A stretch of 64,000 nucleotides of DNA, taken from contig CAWCUS010000005.1 of NCBI GenBank assembly GCA_963798845.1, forward strand, positions 339,402-403,401, written 5' to 3'. Source of the stretch: an uncultured Gemmatimonadales bacterium (GTDB taxonomy: Bacteria; Gemmatimonadota; Gemmatimonadetes; Longimicrobiales; RSA9). Each line of letters starts with the position of its first letter. Positions within the stretch are counted from its first letter, which is position 1. Shown one piece after another: positions 42,133 to 52,913 of this stretch. The translations under genes were made by a program, and so were the position numbers. The notes under the pieces were generated by a model, which searched no databases, was not told the DNA's origin, and was given only the letters and a program-made list of their open reading frames with translations.

Positions 42133-45090
42133 ATGCGCGCTGCCGCCCGATTGATCGCCGCCCCATCGGCTCCCAGCCGAAACACGAGTCCGCCGGTGGC
42201 CGGGACGCCCCGGTGGCCGGGACGCCCCCGGTGGCCGGGACGCCCCCGGGCGCCAGTACGCTCCCCTTGACCAGGACGTTCCCGGTGGCCGGGACGCCCC
42301 CGGGCGCCGGTACGCTCCCCTTGACCAGGACGTTCCCGGTGGCCGGGACGCTCCCGGGCGCCAGGACGCGCCCGGTGGCCGGTACGCTCCCCGTGGCCGG
42401 GACGCTCGCGGTGGCCGGGACACTCCGGGGAACCGGGAAGCGCCTGTTGCCCGCCCGGGTTCTGGTGCTGGCGGCGCTCGCCCCGCTGGGGGCGCCCGGC
42501 GTCGCTTCCCTCGTCGCTGGCTCCTCCGCACCCGCCGCCCGGCCGTTCACCCTGGCCGCCCAGACGGCGCGCGTGCCGGAGCACGACGCCCGGCCGGTGG
42601 CGGTGGCGGTGCGGCTGCCGGCGGGTGCCGAGATCCACATCGACGGGCGGCTGGACGAGGAGGCATGGCAGCGGGCGCCGGCGGTGGACGGGTTCACGCA
42701 GATCGACCCGGACGAGGGAGCGCCGAGTCCGGAGCGCTCGCGGGTGTGGGTGCTGTACGATGACGACGCGCTGTACGTGGGGGCGCGACTGGATGACGAC
42801 GGTGAGATCATCGGGCGCATGGGCCGGCGCGACATGGACCTGGGCGACAGCGACTGGTTCGGCGCGATGCTGGACAGCTACCACGACCACCGGACCGCGT
42901 TCGGCTTCGACGTGAACCCGGCGGGGGTGTGGCGGGACGAAGTGAAGGTGATCGAGGAGGACGACAACTCCTGGGACCCGGTGTGGGAGCGGGCCACGAC
43001 GGTGGATAGCGCCGGGTGGACGGTGGAGTACCGGATCCCGCTCGGCCAGCTGCGCTTCAGCGCGGCGTCGTCGCAGACGTGGGGCGTCCAGTTCGAGCGG
43101 GTCATCGGCAGGCGGCGCGAGTACTCCGTGTCGACGTTCATCCCGAAGAGCGCGCAGGGCGGCGTGCCCGGGTACGGCCACCTGACCGGACTGGACGGGC
43201 TCCGCCCGGGCAGGCACCTGGAGCTGCTGCCGTACGTGGTGGCGCGCACGGAGCACGTGGACCCGGGCGAGGACCCGTTCCGCACGAGCTCGGAGCAGTC
43301 GGCCACGGCGGGCGTCGACCTGAAGTACGGGCTCACTTCGGACCTCACGCTGGACGCCACCCTCAACCCGGACTTCGGGCAGGTGGAGGTGGACCCGGCC
43401 GTGATCAACCTGGGCGTGTACGAGACGCGCTACGCCGAGAAGCGGCCGTTCTTCATCGAGGGGAGCGAGATCTTCGACCTGGAGACCGGCGGAGGCGGCC
43501 AGCTCTTCTACACCCGACGCATCGGCCGCGCGCCGCAGGTCGCGCCGCCGTCGCCGATTGCCGACGTCCCGGCGGCCACGACGATCCTCGGCGCCGGCAA
43601 GCTCTCGGGCCGCACAGCGGGCGGGTGGTCGGTCGGCGTGCTGGAGGCGGTGACCGCGCGCGAGACCGCCCGCTACCGGGTCTCGGACGCTCCGGGCGGC
43701 GCCGACGCGGGGTCGGGCGGCGGGTACGCGGATCTGGCGTCGGTTGCCGAGCCGCTCACCAACTACTTCGTCGGCCGAGTCCGCCGTGACCTGCGGGGCG
43801 GCGCGAGCGCGGTGGGCGCGCTGCTCACGGCCGTGAACCGCGAGACCGGCGACGCGGCCGCGGAAGCCACGCTCCACGCCTCCGCGTACGCGGGCGCCGT
43901 CGACTTCCGGCACGAGTGGGATGGGCGACGGTGGTCGCTCGCGGGGGCGCTCACGGTCAGCCACGTGGTCGGGAGCGCCGCGGCCATCACGCGCACGCAG
44001 CGGCTGTCGAACCACTACTTCCAGCGGCCGGACGCGCCGCACCTGGACGTGGACTCGGCCGCCACGTCCCTCACGGGCGCGTCCGCGTACGTGCGCCTGA
44101 GCCGCCAGGCGGGCGAGCACTGGGTGGGGAGCACGGCCGTGGCCACCACGACCCCCGCCTACGAGATCAACGACCTGGGCTACAACTACCGCACCGACCG
44201 GCGCGACGCCGACCTCAACGTGCGCTACCAGGAGAACCGCCCGGGCGCCGTGCTGCGGAACTGGTACGTGTCCGGCTTCGCGCGCTTCGAGGGGAACTGG
44301 AACGGCGAGCTGATCGCCGACTGGCTCACGCTCCGGTCCGTGGCCAGGACGCTCGGCTACTGGTCGGTGTACGCGGAAGCCAACCACTCCCTGCGCGCCA
44401 ACGACGACCGCCTCACCCGCGGCGGACCCATGGCCATCCGGCCGGCGTCCACGGACGGCGGCATCGAGATCTCCTCCGACGGCCGCAAGCCGCTCCAGCT
44501 GCGCACGGACCTCTTCGGCGGCCGCCAGGAGTTCGGCGGCTGGAACGTGGACGCCGCCGTCACCGCCCGCTGGCGCCCGTCGTCCAGCTGGAACCTGACG
44601 CGTGGGCCCCACGTACACGCGCCAGCACGTCACCGCCCAGTACGTCACCACCGTGGACGATCCCGGCTACGTCGCCACCTTCGGCCGCCGCTACGTCTTC
44701 GCGCCGCTCGAGTACTCGGAGCTCGGCCTGGAGACGCGCCTCGACCTGGCGTTCTCCCCCACGCTCTCGCTGGCCCTGTACGCCCAGCCGCTCCTCTCCA
44801 CTGGCGACTACGGCGACGCCGCCTATCTCCGCGCCCCAGAAACCTTCGACTTCGTACCGTACGAGGGCGACGTTCCTGACCGCGACTTCAACCTCCGCAG
44901 CCTGCGCGGCAACGCCGTGCTGCGCTGGGAATGGCGACGCGGGAGCACGCTCTACCTGGCCTGGCAGCAGGCCCGCCAGGGCTACGGACAGGGCGGCGCC
45001 GCCGACCTGGGCCGCGACGCCCGCGCCCTCGCCGACACCCGCCCCGACAACATCTATGTGGTCAAGGTGAATTACTGGCTCAATCCGTAG
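42133..45090 (+). CDS. CBM9-like plus DUF5916 outer-membrane protein; frameshifts near 42210 and 44601
   Basis: IDGRLDEEAW, YDDDALYVG, WTVEYRIP, LNPDFGQVEVD, EKRPFFIEG and LFYTRRIG; C-terminal VKVNYWLNP in ORF 44602..45090; PVAGT repeats at the N-terminus. Confidence 0.85.
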
Positions 45091-45140
45091 CCGCGCGGGC
45101 GGGCTTCACCCCGGGCGCGGCCCTTGCACCCCGCGAGGGC

Positions 45141-45782
45141 ATGAGCGCTCCTCGACACCCGGGCGGCCGTGGACGCGGCTCCCGCGGCGCGGCCAGCTCC
45201 CGCGGCGCGGCCAGCTCCCGCGGCGCGGCCAGCTCCCGCGGCGCCGCCAGCTCCCGCGGCGCGGCCAGCTCCCGCGGCGCGGCAGGCTCCCGCGGGGCGG
45301 GCGCGACAGGCGCCGCGCCCGCGGCACGCGCCCGCGCCATCGCTGCGCCGATCCTCGCGTGGCTCCTGCTCCTCGCCCTCGCGCTGGTCCTCGCGGGGTC
45401 GGCATCGCTCCCGGAAGTGATCGTGGCCGCGGTGCTCGCCGCGGGCGCCACGGCCGTCTGGCTCGGTCTCCGCAGGGCGCGCGACGGCGCTGCCGTGCCC
45501 TCGGCCCGTGCGCTGAGCGGACAGCTCGGGCTGCCGTGGCGGGTTCTGCGCGAGACGGCGCTGCTCCTGGTAGCGCTGGCCGGCGCCGTTCTGGCCCTGC
45601 GGCGGCCGGCGGGGGCGTACCACCACGAAGCGTATCCGCCGCCGAAGCGGCGGACCGTCGCGGACCGCGCGGTGCTCCTGCTGGGCTCGTCAATGCCGCC
45701 CACGAGCCTGGCGCTGTCCCTCGACAGGGAGCGCGGCTCGCTGCTGGTCCACCGTTTGCCCTGGCGCCAGGCGTTCCGATGA
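45141..45782 (+). CDS. MrpE/MnhE-like subunit with N-terminal SRGAAS repeats
   Basis: TM segments plus SSMPPTSLALSLD...LLVHRL (compare SLTPGT...LLVH); first gene of the Mrp cluster. Confidence 0.6.
   Translation: MSAPRHPGGRGRGSRGAASSRGAASSRGAASSRGAASSRGAASSRGAAGSRGAGATGAAPAARARAIAAPILAWLLLLALALVLAGSASLPEVIVAAVLAAGATAVWLGLRRARDGAAVPSARALSGQLGLPWRVLRETALLLVALAGAVLALRRPAGAYHHEAYPPPKRRTVADRAVLLLGSSMPPTSLALSLDRERGSLLVHRLPWRQAFR
45178..45298 (+). repeat. 18-bp tandem repeat (CTCCCGCGGCGCGGCCAG), about 6-7 copies, in frame
   Basis: Read directly from the sequence. Confidence 0.9.
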
Positions 45783-45801
45783 TCGAACCCTGGGTCTCCC
45801 C

Positions 45802-46059
45802 ATGAGCCTGCTCGGCTGTCTCGCCCTGGTGTTCGCGGCCCTGGCGTGCGCGGCGCTGGCACCGATCGCTGGCGCGTCTCCGTCCCGCGGGCTCGTGCTG
45901 TCGCAGCTCGGGACGGGGCTCGGCGTCCTGTCCCTGCTGTGCCTCGCCGGACGTGGCGGGGAGGCGTTCTATTTCGACGTGCCGCTCCTGCTGGCCGTCC
46001 TCGCCACCCCCGCCGCCCTGGTGTACGCCCACTTCCTGCGCCGCTGGGACCGACCATGA
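45802..46059 (+). CDS. MrpF/MnhF-like subunit (true start may be 45779, with a homopolymer deletion)
   Basis: Three TM segments; YFDVPLLLAVL and LVYAHFL. Confidence 0.7.
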   Translation: MSLLGCLALVFAALACAALAPIAGASPSRGLVLSQLGTGLGVLSLLCLAGRGGEAFYFDVPLLLAVLATPAALVYAHFLRRWDRP

Positions 46060-46328
46060 GCGCCTTCCTCCTGGTGGTGTGCGCGGCCCTTGTGGCGGCC
46101 TGCACGACGGGAGCCCTGACGGCGCGCGCGCCTGCGGACCGGCTGCACTTCGTGGGGCCGGTTACGCTCGTGGGCGCCCCCCTGCTGGCCGCGGGGCTGT
46201 GGGCCGGCGGCCTGTCCCCGGTAGCCGGAGCGAAAGCGCTGCTGGCCGCGCTCTTCGCGGCCGGCGGGGGCGTGGTCTGCTCGCACGTGGTCGCGCGCGT
46301 CGTTCACGACAGGGGGGAAGAGGAATGA
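46056..46328 (+). CDS. MrpG/MnhG subunit
   Basis: DRLH motif and SHVVAR; ATGA overlaps at both ends. Confidence 0.75.
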   Translation: MSAFLLVVCAALVAACTTGALTARAPADRLHFVGPVTLVGAPLLAAGLWAGGLSPVAGAKALLAALFAAGGGVVCSHVVARVVHDRGEEE

Positions 46329-46564
46329 GCGCGCTGCTCGCCGGACTCTACCTGCTGGCGGCCATCGCCGGGACCGTGGTCGTCGTGACGCGCGACCACA
46401 CCCGGCAGGCGTTTTCGCTCGGCGTTTTCGGGACCATCCTGGCCGTTCTCTTCTTCGCTCTCCAGGCACCCGACGTGGCGCTGTCCCAGCTCGCCGTCGG
46501 AACGGTCGCCACGCCGTTCATGATCCTGGTGACGGTCACGCGCATCGGCCGGCTGCGGAAATGA
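46325..46564 (+). CDS. DUF4040 (MrpA C-terminal / MbhD-like) subunit
   Basis: LQAPDVALSQLAVG motif. Confidence 0.85.
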   Translation: MSALLAGLYLLAAIAGTVVVVTRDHTRQAFSLGVFGTILAVLFFALQAPDVALSQLAVGTVATPFMILVTVTRIGRLRK

Positions 46565-47298
46565 CGCCGCGCCTCCGGCACATCGCCTTCATCGCCGCCG
46601 CGCTCCCGCTCGGGGCCGGTCTCGTGCTGGCGCTGGCCGGGCTCCCGGCGTTCGGCGCGCTGGTGCCGACGAGCGGGGATGCGGCGTCGGCGCTATCGCC
46701 TTCCGAGCTGGGCATCTCGAACGCGACGACGGCCGTGAATTTCGGCTTCCGTGTGCTGGACACGCTGGGCGAGGAGTTCATTCTCCTGGCGGCGGCGACG
46801 GGCGTGGCGCTGCTGCTCCGGGACGCGCGCACCGACGGCCCGGCGCCCCGCCTGCGCCTCGACCGGAGCGAAGCGGTGCGCTGGGCGGCGCCAGCGGGGG
46901 TCGCCGGGACGGCGCTGGTGGGCGGCTACATGACGGTCCACGGCCACGTGACGCCCGGGGGCGGGTTCCAGGGCGGCGTGGTGCTGGCCACCGCGCTGCT
47001 GACCGTCTTCATCACGCAGGGGTGGAACGCGTTCCGCCGCGCGGCAGGCGAAGGGCTGGCCGAGGGCGTGGAGGCGATCGGGGTGGGAGGTTTCCTGGTC
47101 GCGGGCGTGGTTGCGGGGCTCGTCACCGGCTCCCTGTTCGGCGACTTCCTGCCGAGCGGCACGCCGGGCCATCTCCTCTCCGGTGGGCTTCCGGCCGTGC
47201 TGAACGTGCTCGTGGGCCTGGCCGTGGCGGGCGGCTTCGCCACGATCTTCCGCCACTACGTGACGGAGACCGTCACCGCCCCGGAGGACGAGGGGTGA
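46561..47298 (+). CDS. mrpB: MrpB/MnhB subunit
   Basis: NATTAVNFGFRVLDTLGEE and HGHVTPGGGFQGG. Confidence 0.88.
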   Translation: MTPRLRHIAFIAAALPLGAGLVLALAGLPAFGALVPTSGDAASALSPSELGISNATTAVNFGFRVLDTLGEEFILLAAATGVALLLRDARTDGPAPRLRLDRSEAVRWAAPAGVAGTALVGGYMTVHGHVTPGGGFQGGVVLATALLTVFITQGWNAFRRAAGEGLAEGVEAIGVGGFLVAGVVAGLVTGSLFGDFLPSGTPGHLLSGGLPAVLNVLVGLAVAGGFATIFRHYVTETVTAPEDEG

Positions 47299-47633
47299 GC
47301 ATGCTTCCCTGGGTCGTCGTCGCCTGGCTGGTCCTGGCCGGTCTGTACGGCATGGTGACGAGCCGCAACCTCGTGCACCTGGTGGTCTGCCTGTCCGTCA
47401 TGCAGTCCGCCACGTTCCTCCTCCTCGGCTCGCTCGCCTATCGCAGGGGTCTCGGCCCCGCCGTGTTCCTGCACGGGCAGACGGGGCCCGCCGCCGACCC
47501 CGTGCTGCACGCGCTGGCGCTGGTGGACATCGTGGTGGATGCGGCAGTCACGGCGCTTCTCCTGGCCGTGGCCGTCGAAGTGCTCCGCCACAGGGGCACG
47601 CTGGACCCGGACGAGCTCAGGGCCACGGACTGA
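47295..47633 (+). CDS. mrpC: MrpC/MnhC subunit
   Basis: GLYG...RNLVH and DPVLHALALVDIVV. Confidence 0.85.
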   Translation: MSMLPWVVVAWLVLAGLYGMVTSRNLVHLVVCLSVMQSATFLLLGSLAYRRGLGPAVFLHGQTGPAADPVLHALALVDIVVDAAVTALLLAVAVEVLRHRGTLDPDELRATD

Positions 47634-47636
47634 TCC

Positions 47637-49550
47637 GTGCCGCTCACGGTCTGGACGCTGGCCACTCCGCTGCTGGGCGCCGTCCTGCTCGCGGGCACGG
47701 GCAGGCTGCTGCCCCGTCCGGTCATCGACTGGATCGGCCTGGTGGTGGCCAGCGCCACGGCAGCGCTCGCGCTGGCCGTGGTCGCCACGGTGGGCGAGGC
47801 GCCCAGCACCACCTGGATCGCCGGCTGGGGAGCGACGGCCCCGCGCACGGTCGGCATCGTCCTGTATGCGGACACCGTCTCCGCGTCGCTGGCCGCGCTC
47901 GCCGCGTTCGCCTGCGCCGCCGCCCTCCTGTTCTCGTGGCGCTACTTCGAGGCGGTGGGGGCGTTCTTCCACGCGCTGCTCCTCGTCCTGCTCGCGGGGA
48001 TGATCGGGTTCTGTTTCAGCGGCGACCTCTTCAACCTCTTCGTCTTCCTGGAGCTCATGAGCGTTTCCGGCTTCGCGCTCACGGCGTACCGGAACGAGGT
48101 GGAGGACCTGAGCGGCGCGCTGGCGTTCGCGGTGATCAACAGCATCGGCGCGCTCTTCTTCCTGCTCGGCGTGACGCTGATCTACGGCCGCGTGGGCACG
48201 CTCAACATCGCCGAGGCGACGTCGCTCCTCGCCCACGCCCGTCCCGACCCGCTCATCCTGGCAGCCTGGGTGCTCCTCACCACGGGGCTGCTCGTGAAGG
48301 CGGCGGCCGTGCCGTTCCACTTCTGGCTGGCCGACGCCTACGCGGTCGCGCCCACGCCCGTGGCCACGCTCTTCGCGGGCGTCATGATCGAGCTGGGGCT
48401 GTACGGCATCGCCCGGCTCCAGTGGACCGTGTTCGCGGGCCCGCTCGGCGATGCCCATTCCTTCATCCGCCCGCTGCTGCTCGCCATCGGCGCACTGTCC
48501 GCGATGGTGGGCGGCGTCATGAGCGTCCTGCAGCGCCACCTGAAACGGCTCCTGGCGCACGTCACCATCGCCCACGGCGGCGTGGTCCTCATGGCTTTCG
48601 CGCTCCTGGACGCGCGCGGCACCGCGGGCGCCACGCTCTACCTGGTGGGCGATGGCGCCACGCGCGCGGCGCTCTTCCTCGCCGTGGGCGCGCTGCTCCA
48701 CCGCTACGGGACGGTGGACGAGCTGGCGCTCCTCGGCCGCGGCCGCGAGGAGCCCCTCATCACCTGGCTGTTCGTCGCGGCCGGACTGGCCCTTGCCGGC
48801 GTGCCGCCCTTCGGAACGGCGGCGGGCAAGGCGCTCATCGAAGAATCCGGGCGATCCCTCGGTTATCCCTGGATCGCCATCGTCGTCGCCGCCGCGTCGT
48901 CGCTCACCGCCGCGGCGGTCTTCCGGGCCGCCGGCCGGATCCACTTCGGCTGGGGCGGCGCGAAAGCACCGGAGGCCATCGGACCCACGCGCGCCGAAGT
49001 GTCGGAGACGCTGGCGCGCGGCGGCGCGACGCCGCGCCTGATGCTCGTTCCCGCGGGCGCTCTCCTCGCCCTCGCGCTCCTGGTGGGCTCGTTCCCGGCC
49101 GCGACAAGCCGCGCGGAGGACGGGGGGCGCGCCTTCATCGACACCCGCGCGTACGTGCGTGCGGTTCTCCCTGTCGGCGGGGCCTCCGATCGCGGCGCCT
49201 TCGACGGCGCCCGCTTCCGGACGGTGGGCCCGGTCGCGGGGTCCCGGGCCACGCCCCCCGCCAGCACTTCGTCCGCGCGCCCCGACCCCGACCACCCCCC
49301 GCTGCCGTGGCTCGAGCGGGCCGCCATGGCCTGGTGGGGCGTGTCCGGGGCGGCTGCGATCGTGCTGGCCCTGCTCCTCCTCTTCTGGGGCGCCGTGCCC
49401 GCGCCGGCCCGGCGAGCCGCGGAAGGCGCTCTCCGCGGGCCCGCGCGCCTGCTGGTGGCCGTGCACACGGCTCACGTCGGTGACTTCATCGCCTGGACCT
49501 GCATCGGCGCGGCGCTGCTCGCCATAGCGTCGGTCTTCATCCTCGTCTGA
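47637..49550 (+). CDS. mrpD: MrpD/complex I antiporter-like subunit
   Basis: [34 protein letters not shown] and LAGVPPF...GK. Confidence 0.88.
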   Translation: MPLTVWTLATPLLGAVLLAGTGRLLPRPVIDWIGLVVASATAALALAVVATVGEAPSTTWIAGWGATAPRTVGIVLYADTVSASLAALAAFACAAALLFSWRYFEAVGAFFHALLLVLLAGMIGFCFSGDLFNLFVFLELMSVSGFALTAYRNEVEDLSGALAFAVINSIGALFFLLGVTLIYGRVGTLNIAEATSLLAHARPDPLILAAWVLLTTGLLVKAAAVPFHFWLADAYAVAPTPVATLFAGVMIELGLYGIARLQWTVFAGPLGDAHSFIRPLLLAIGALSAMVGGVMSVLQRHLKRLLAHVTIAHGGVVLMAFALLDARGTAGATLYLVGDGATRAALFLAVGALLHRYGTVDELALLGRGREEPLITWLFVAAGLALAGVPPFGTAAGKALIEESGRSLGYPWIAIVVAAASSLTAAAVFRAAGRIHFGWGGAKAPEAIGPTRAEVSETLARGGATPRLMLVPAGALLALALLVGSFPAATSRAEDGGRAFIDTRAYVRAVLPVGGASDRGAFDGARFRTVGPVAGSRATPPASTSSARPDPDHPPLPWLERAAMAWWGVSGAAAIVLALLLLFWGAVPAPARRAAEGALRGPARLLVAVHTAHVGDFIAWTCIGAALLAIASVFILV

Positions 49551-49709
49551 ATGGGGCGGCGGCCGGCTAGCACACCGCTTGCCCCCGCCGAACGGCACCG
49601 AAGCCGCGCGGCGACGGGCGTCCCGCGGCCGGGTACGGCCGCCGGGGTTGACGGTTCGATGCGCGCCGGTACGTTTCGCCACGCGCGTGAACCGAGACGG
49701 GGCGGGAGC

Positions 49710-50696
49710 TTGATCGTATCACTCGAAAAGGAAGCGGATGCTGGGGCCGTGGAGCGCGAGCTCACGGGCCGTGGCCTCTGGGTGCGTCGCCTCCAGGCGG
49801 ACGGACGGGTGCAGTTCTACGTCGAGCCCGGCTCGGCCAGGGTGGAGCCGGCCGCGCTCAGCGGGATCCCCGGCGTGGCCTCAGTCGCCGCGGAAGCGTC
49901 GGCCCACCCGCTGGTGGACGCGCTCGGCCCCGAAGCGAACGTGGGCGGCGTTCGCCTGTCCGCACGCGCACGGCCCGTCCTCCTGGCCGGACCGTGCAGC
50001 GTGGAATCGGAGGAGCAGATCCACGGGATCGCCCGGCGGCTGGCGGGACACGCGGAGTTTCTGCGCGGCGGCGCGTTCAAGACGCGCACATCGCCGTACG
50101 CGTTCCAGGGGCGCGGGGAGCCCGCGCTCGGCTGGCTGCGCGAAGCGGCCGACGCCGCGGGGCTGAACGTGGTCACGGAGATCCTGAGCGCGGACCAGGC
50201 GCCGCTCCTGGCGCGTCACGCGGACATGATCCAGATCGGATCCCGCAACATGCAGAACTCCGTGCTGCTGAGCGCCGCCTCGGCGGAAGGCCGGCCGATC
50301 CTGCTGAAGCGGGGCATGGCCGCCACCCTCGACGAGTGGCTGCTCGCGGGCGAGTACTGCCTCCTGAACGGGGCCCCGGCCGTGGTCTTCTGCGAGCGCG
50401 GGATCCGCAGCTTCGACCCGCGCACGCGCAACCTGCTGGACCTGGGCGCGGTGGCGCTCCTCGCCGGCGTGCACCGGGTGCCGGTGGTGGTGGACCCGTC
50501 GCACGCCACGGGGCGTCGCGACCTGCTCCGCCCGCTGAGCCTCGCGGCCGTCGCGGCGGGCGCGGCGGGGGTCATGGTGGAAACGCACCCGGAGCCCGGG
50601 CGTTCGCTGAGCGATGGCTCGCAGGCGCTGCCGCTGGAAGAGTTCGCGTCGCTGGCGTCCGACGTGCGCGCGGCGAGGGTCGCGGATGCCGCCTGA
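49710..50696 (+). CDS. aroF: DAHP synthase, type I-beta, with N-terminal regulatory domain
   Basis: [51 protein letters not shown] and SDG. Confidence 0.92.
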   Translation: MIVSLEKEADAGAVERELTGRGLWVRRLQADGRVQFYVEPGSARVEPAALSGIPGVASVAAEASAHPLVDALGPEANVGGVRLSARARPVLLAGPCSVESEEQIHGIARRLAGHAEFLRGGAFKTRTSPYAFQGRGEPALGWLREAADAAGLNVVTEILSADQAPLLARHADMIQIGSRNMQNSVLLSAASAEGRPILLKRGMAATLDEWLLAGEYCLLNGAPAVVFCERGIRSFDPRTRNLLDLGAVALLAGVHRVPVVVDPSHATGRRDLLRPLSLAAVAAGAAGVMVETHPEPGRSLSDGSQALPLEEFASLASDVRAARVADAA

Positions 50697-51414
50697 GGCG
50701 GGAGATCCGCGCCCCGGCTCCGGCGAGATGTTCGACCGGATCGCCCACCGCTACGATCTCCTCAACCGCATCCTCTCGCTTGGCGTGGACCAGCGCTGGC
50801 GTCGGCGGACGGTGCGCGCCCTGGCGCTGGACCGCGCGCGGGATGGCGCGGAGGTCCTCGACCTCGCCACCGGCACGGGCGACCTGGCGATCCTGGTCGC
50901 GCGACGACATCCCGGCGTGCGGGTGGTGGGCGTGGACCCGGCCGAGCGCATGCTGGCGTGCGCGCGCCCCAAGATCGAGAAGGCGGGACTGTACGACCGC
51001 GTCCGTGTGGTCCCCGGCGACGCCCTCGACATCCCCTTCCCCGACGCCACGTTCGACGGCGTCACGATCGCGTTCGGGATCCGGAACGTGCCGGATCGGG
51101 CGGAAGGGCTGCGGGAGATGCGGCGCGTGACCCGTCCCGGCGGGCGGGTGGCGATCCTCGAGCTGTCGGAGCCGCGCGAAGGCCTCTTCGGGAGCGTGGC
51201 GCGCTTCCACGTGCACACGCTGGTGCCGCGCATCGGCGCGCTGCTCTCGGGCGAGCGCGAGTACCGCTACCTCCAGGCGTCCATCGCCGCGTTCCCGCCG
51301 GCCGCCGAGTTCGCCGCCATGATGCGCCGTGCCGGTCTCTACGTCCTGCGGGTCGAGCGCCTCACGTTCGGCGCCGCGCACCTCTACGTGGCCGAGCGGC
51401 CCCGCGACGGATGA
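50686..51414 (+). CDS. menG: Demethylmenaquinone methyltransferase (UbiE/MenG)
   Basis: [35 protein letters not shown] and YRYLQASI. Confidence 0.93.
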   Translation: MPPEAGDPRPGSGEMFDRIAHRYDLLNRILSLGVDQRWRRRTVRALALDRARDGAEVLDLATGTGDLAILVARRHPGVRVVGVDPAERMLACARPKIEKAGLYDRVRVVPGDALDIPFPDATFDGVTIAFGIRNVPDRAEGLREMRRVTRPGGRVAILELSEPREGLFGSVARFHVHTLVPRIGALLSGEREYRYLQASIAAFPPAAEFAAMMRRAGLYVLRVERLTFGAAHLYVAERPRDG

Positions 51415-52913
51415 CCGCCGCCGACCTCCTGACCGACGCGCTCCGGCCGCCATTCCGACCCGGGGAGATCCGCTGGATCACGCTGCCCGTCGGCGACACG
51501 GGCGATGCCGCCGCGGCGGTCGCCGCCGAGCTCACGGGCTCCCGCGCGATCCCGGTCCGGCCGGCCGCGCCCGCGGAAGCGCTCCTCCGCCTCGATGCCG
51601 CGGAGCCCGCGGTGTTCTGGGATGGCGCGCGTCTCGGCCCGGTCGCCGGGTGGGGCGCCGCGCTCACGGTCGCCGGCCACGGAGCCGGCCGGTTCCAGCA
51701 GGTCCGGCGCGCGGCGGAGCGGCTGTGGCCTCGCCTCGAAGCGGCCACCGCGCCCGGCGTGGACCCGCTGCCGCCCCGCCTGTTCGGCGGCTTTTCCTTC
51801 CTCCCGTCGCCGCCGCCCGCCCCGTGGTCGGCGTTCGGCGCCGCCACGTTCGTGCTGCCGCGCCTGCTGTACGCGCCCGGGCCGGCCGACAGGGACGCGC
51901 GCCCCGGCGCCGACCCGGCCGAAGCGGGCTCGCGCGCCGGCGCCGACAGCTCCGACCACCCCGCCACGCCTCCACGCCTGGCCGTGGCGGCCCGTGCCGC
52001 GGACGCGCGGGAGGACGGGCCGGAGCGGCTGGCGGCGCTCGTCGCCCGTACGCTCACGCTCCTGGCCGGAGACCGGGCCAACGGCGCGCGCCCGGCCCCG
52101 GCGCTGCAGGCCGTGGACGCCCCGTCGCCCGCCGGGTGGGCGGACGCGCTGGCCTCGATCCGGGGTCGGATCGAAGCGGGAGAGGCGGACAAGATCGTGG
52201 CGGCGAGGAAGCGGGAGATCCGATTCGCCGGCGCCATCGACGCGCTGGCGGTACTGCGCGCGCTGGCGGGCGGCTCGGCGGCCGAGGCGCGCTTCGCCTT
52301 CCGGCACGGGGGCGCCACGTTCCTGGGCGCCACGCCGGAGCGGCTGATCTCGCGCCGCGGGCTCGCGGTGGCGACGGAAGCGCTGGCCGGCTCCATCGAC
52401 GCGGACCGCGCGGAGCGCGACGCGGAGCTGCTGCACAGCCTGAAGGACGCGGAGGAGCACGGCTACGTGGTGCGCGCCATCGCCGACGCGCTCGAGCCGC
52501 TGTGCGACCAGCTGGACTACCCGGAGGCGCCGGGGATCCGGCACCTCCGCCACGTCCTCCACCTCCGCACCCCGTTCAACGGCCGGCTGGCGAGGGCGGT
52601 CCACGTGCTCGAGCTGGTGGACCGGCTCCATCCCACGCCCGCCGTGGGCGGAACCCCCGCCGGGGAGGCCGTGGCGTGGATCGCGGCCCACGAGCCGTGG
52701 TCGCGCGGGTGGTACGCGTCGCCCGTCGGGTGGTTCGACGCCGCCGGCGACGGCGAGTTCGTCGTCGCCCTCCGCTCCGCCCTCGTGGACGGCGATCGCG
52801 CGCACCTGTACGCGGGCGCGGGCGTCGTGCGCGATTCCGAGACCGAAGCGGAGCTCGCCGAAACCGAAGTGAAGCTGCGCACCATGGCCGACGCGCTGGG
52901 GACCGGGGCGTGA
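51411..52913 (+). CDS. menF: Isochorismate synthase
   Basis: KIVAAR, FLGATPERL, EALAGS, EHGYVV, LHPTPAVGG, RGWY and AGAGVV. Confidence 0.92.
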   Translation: MTAADLLTDALRPPFRPGEIRWITLPVGDTGDAAAAVAAELTGSRAIPVRPAAPAEALLRLDAAEPAVFWDGARLGPVAGWGAALTVAGHGAGRFQQVRRAAERLWPRLEAATAPGVDPLPPRLFGGFSFLPSPPPAPWSAFGAATFVLPRLLYAPGPADRDARPGADPAEAGSRAGADSSDHPATPPRLAVAARAADAREDGPERLAALVARTLTLLAGDRANGARPAPALQAVDAPSPAGWADALASIRGRIEAGEADKIVAARKREIRFAGAIDALAVLRALAGGSAAEARFAFRHGGATFLGATPERLISRRGLAVATEALAGSIDADRAERDAELLHSLKDAEEHGYVVRAIADALEPLCDQLDYPEAPGIRHLRHVLHLRTPFNGRLARAVHVLELVDRLHPTPAVGGTPAGEAVAWIAAHEPWSRGWYASPVGWFDAAGDGEFVVALRSALVDGDRAHLYAGAGVVRDSETEAELAETEVKLRTMADALGTGA

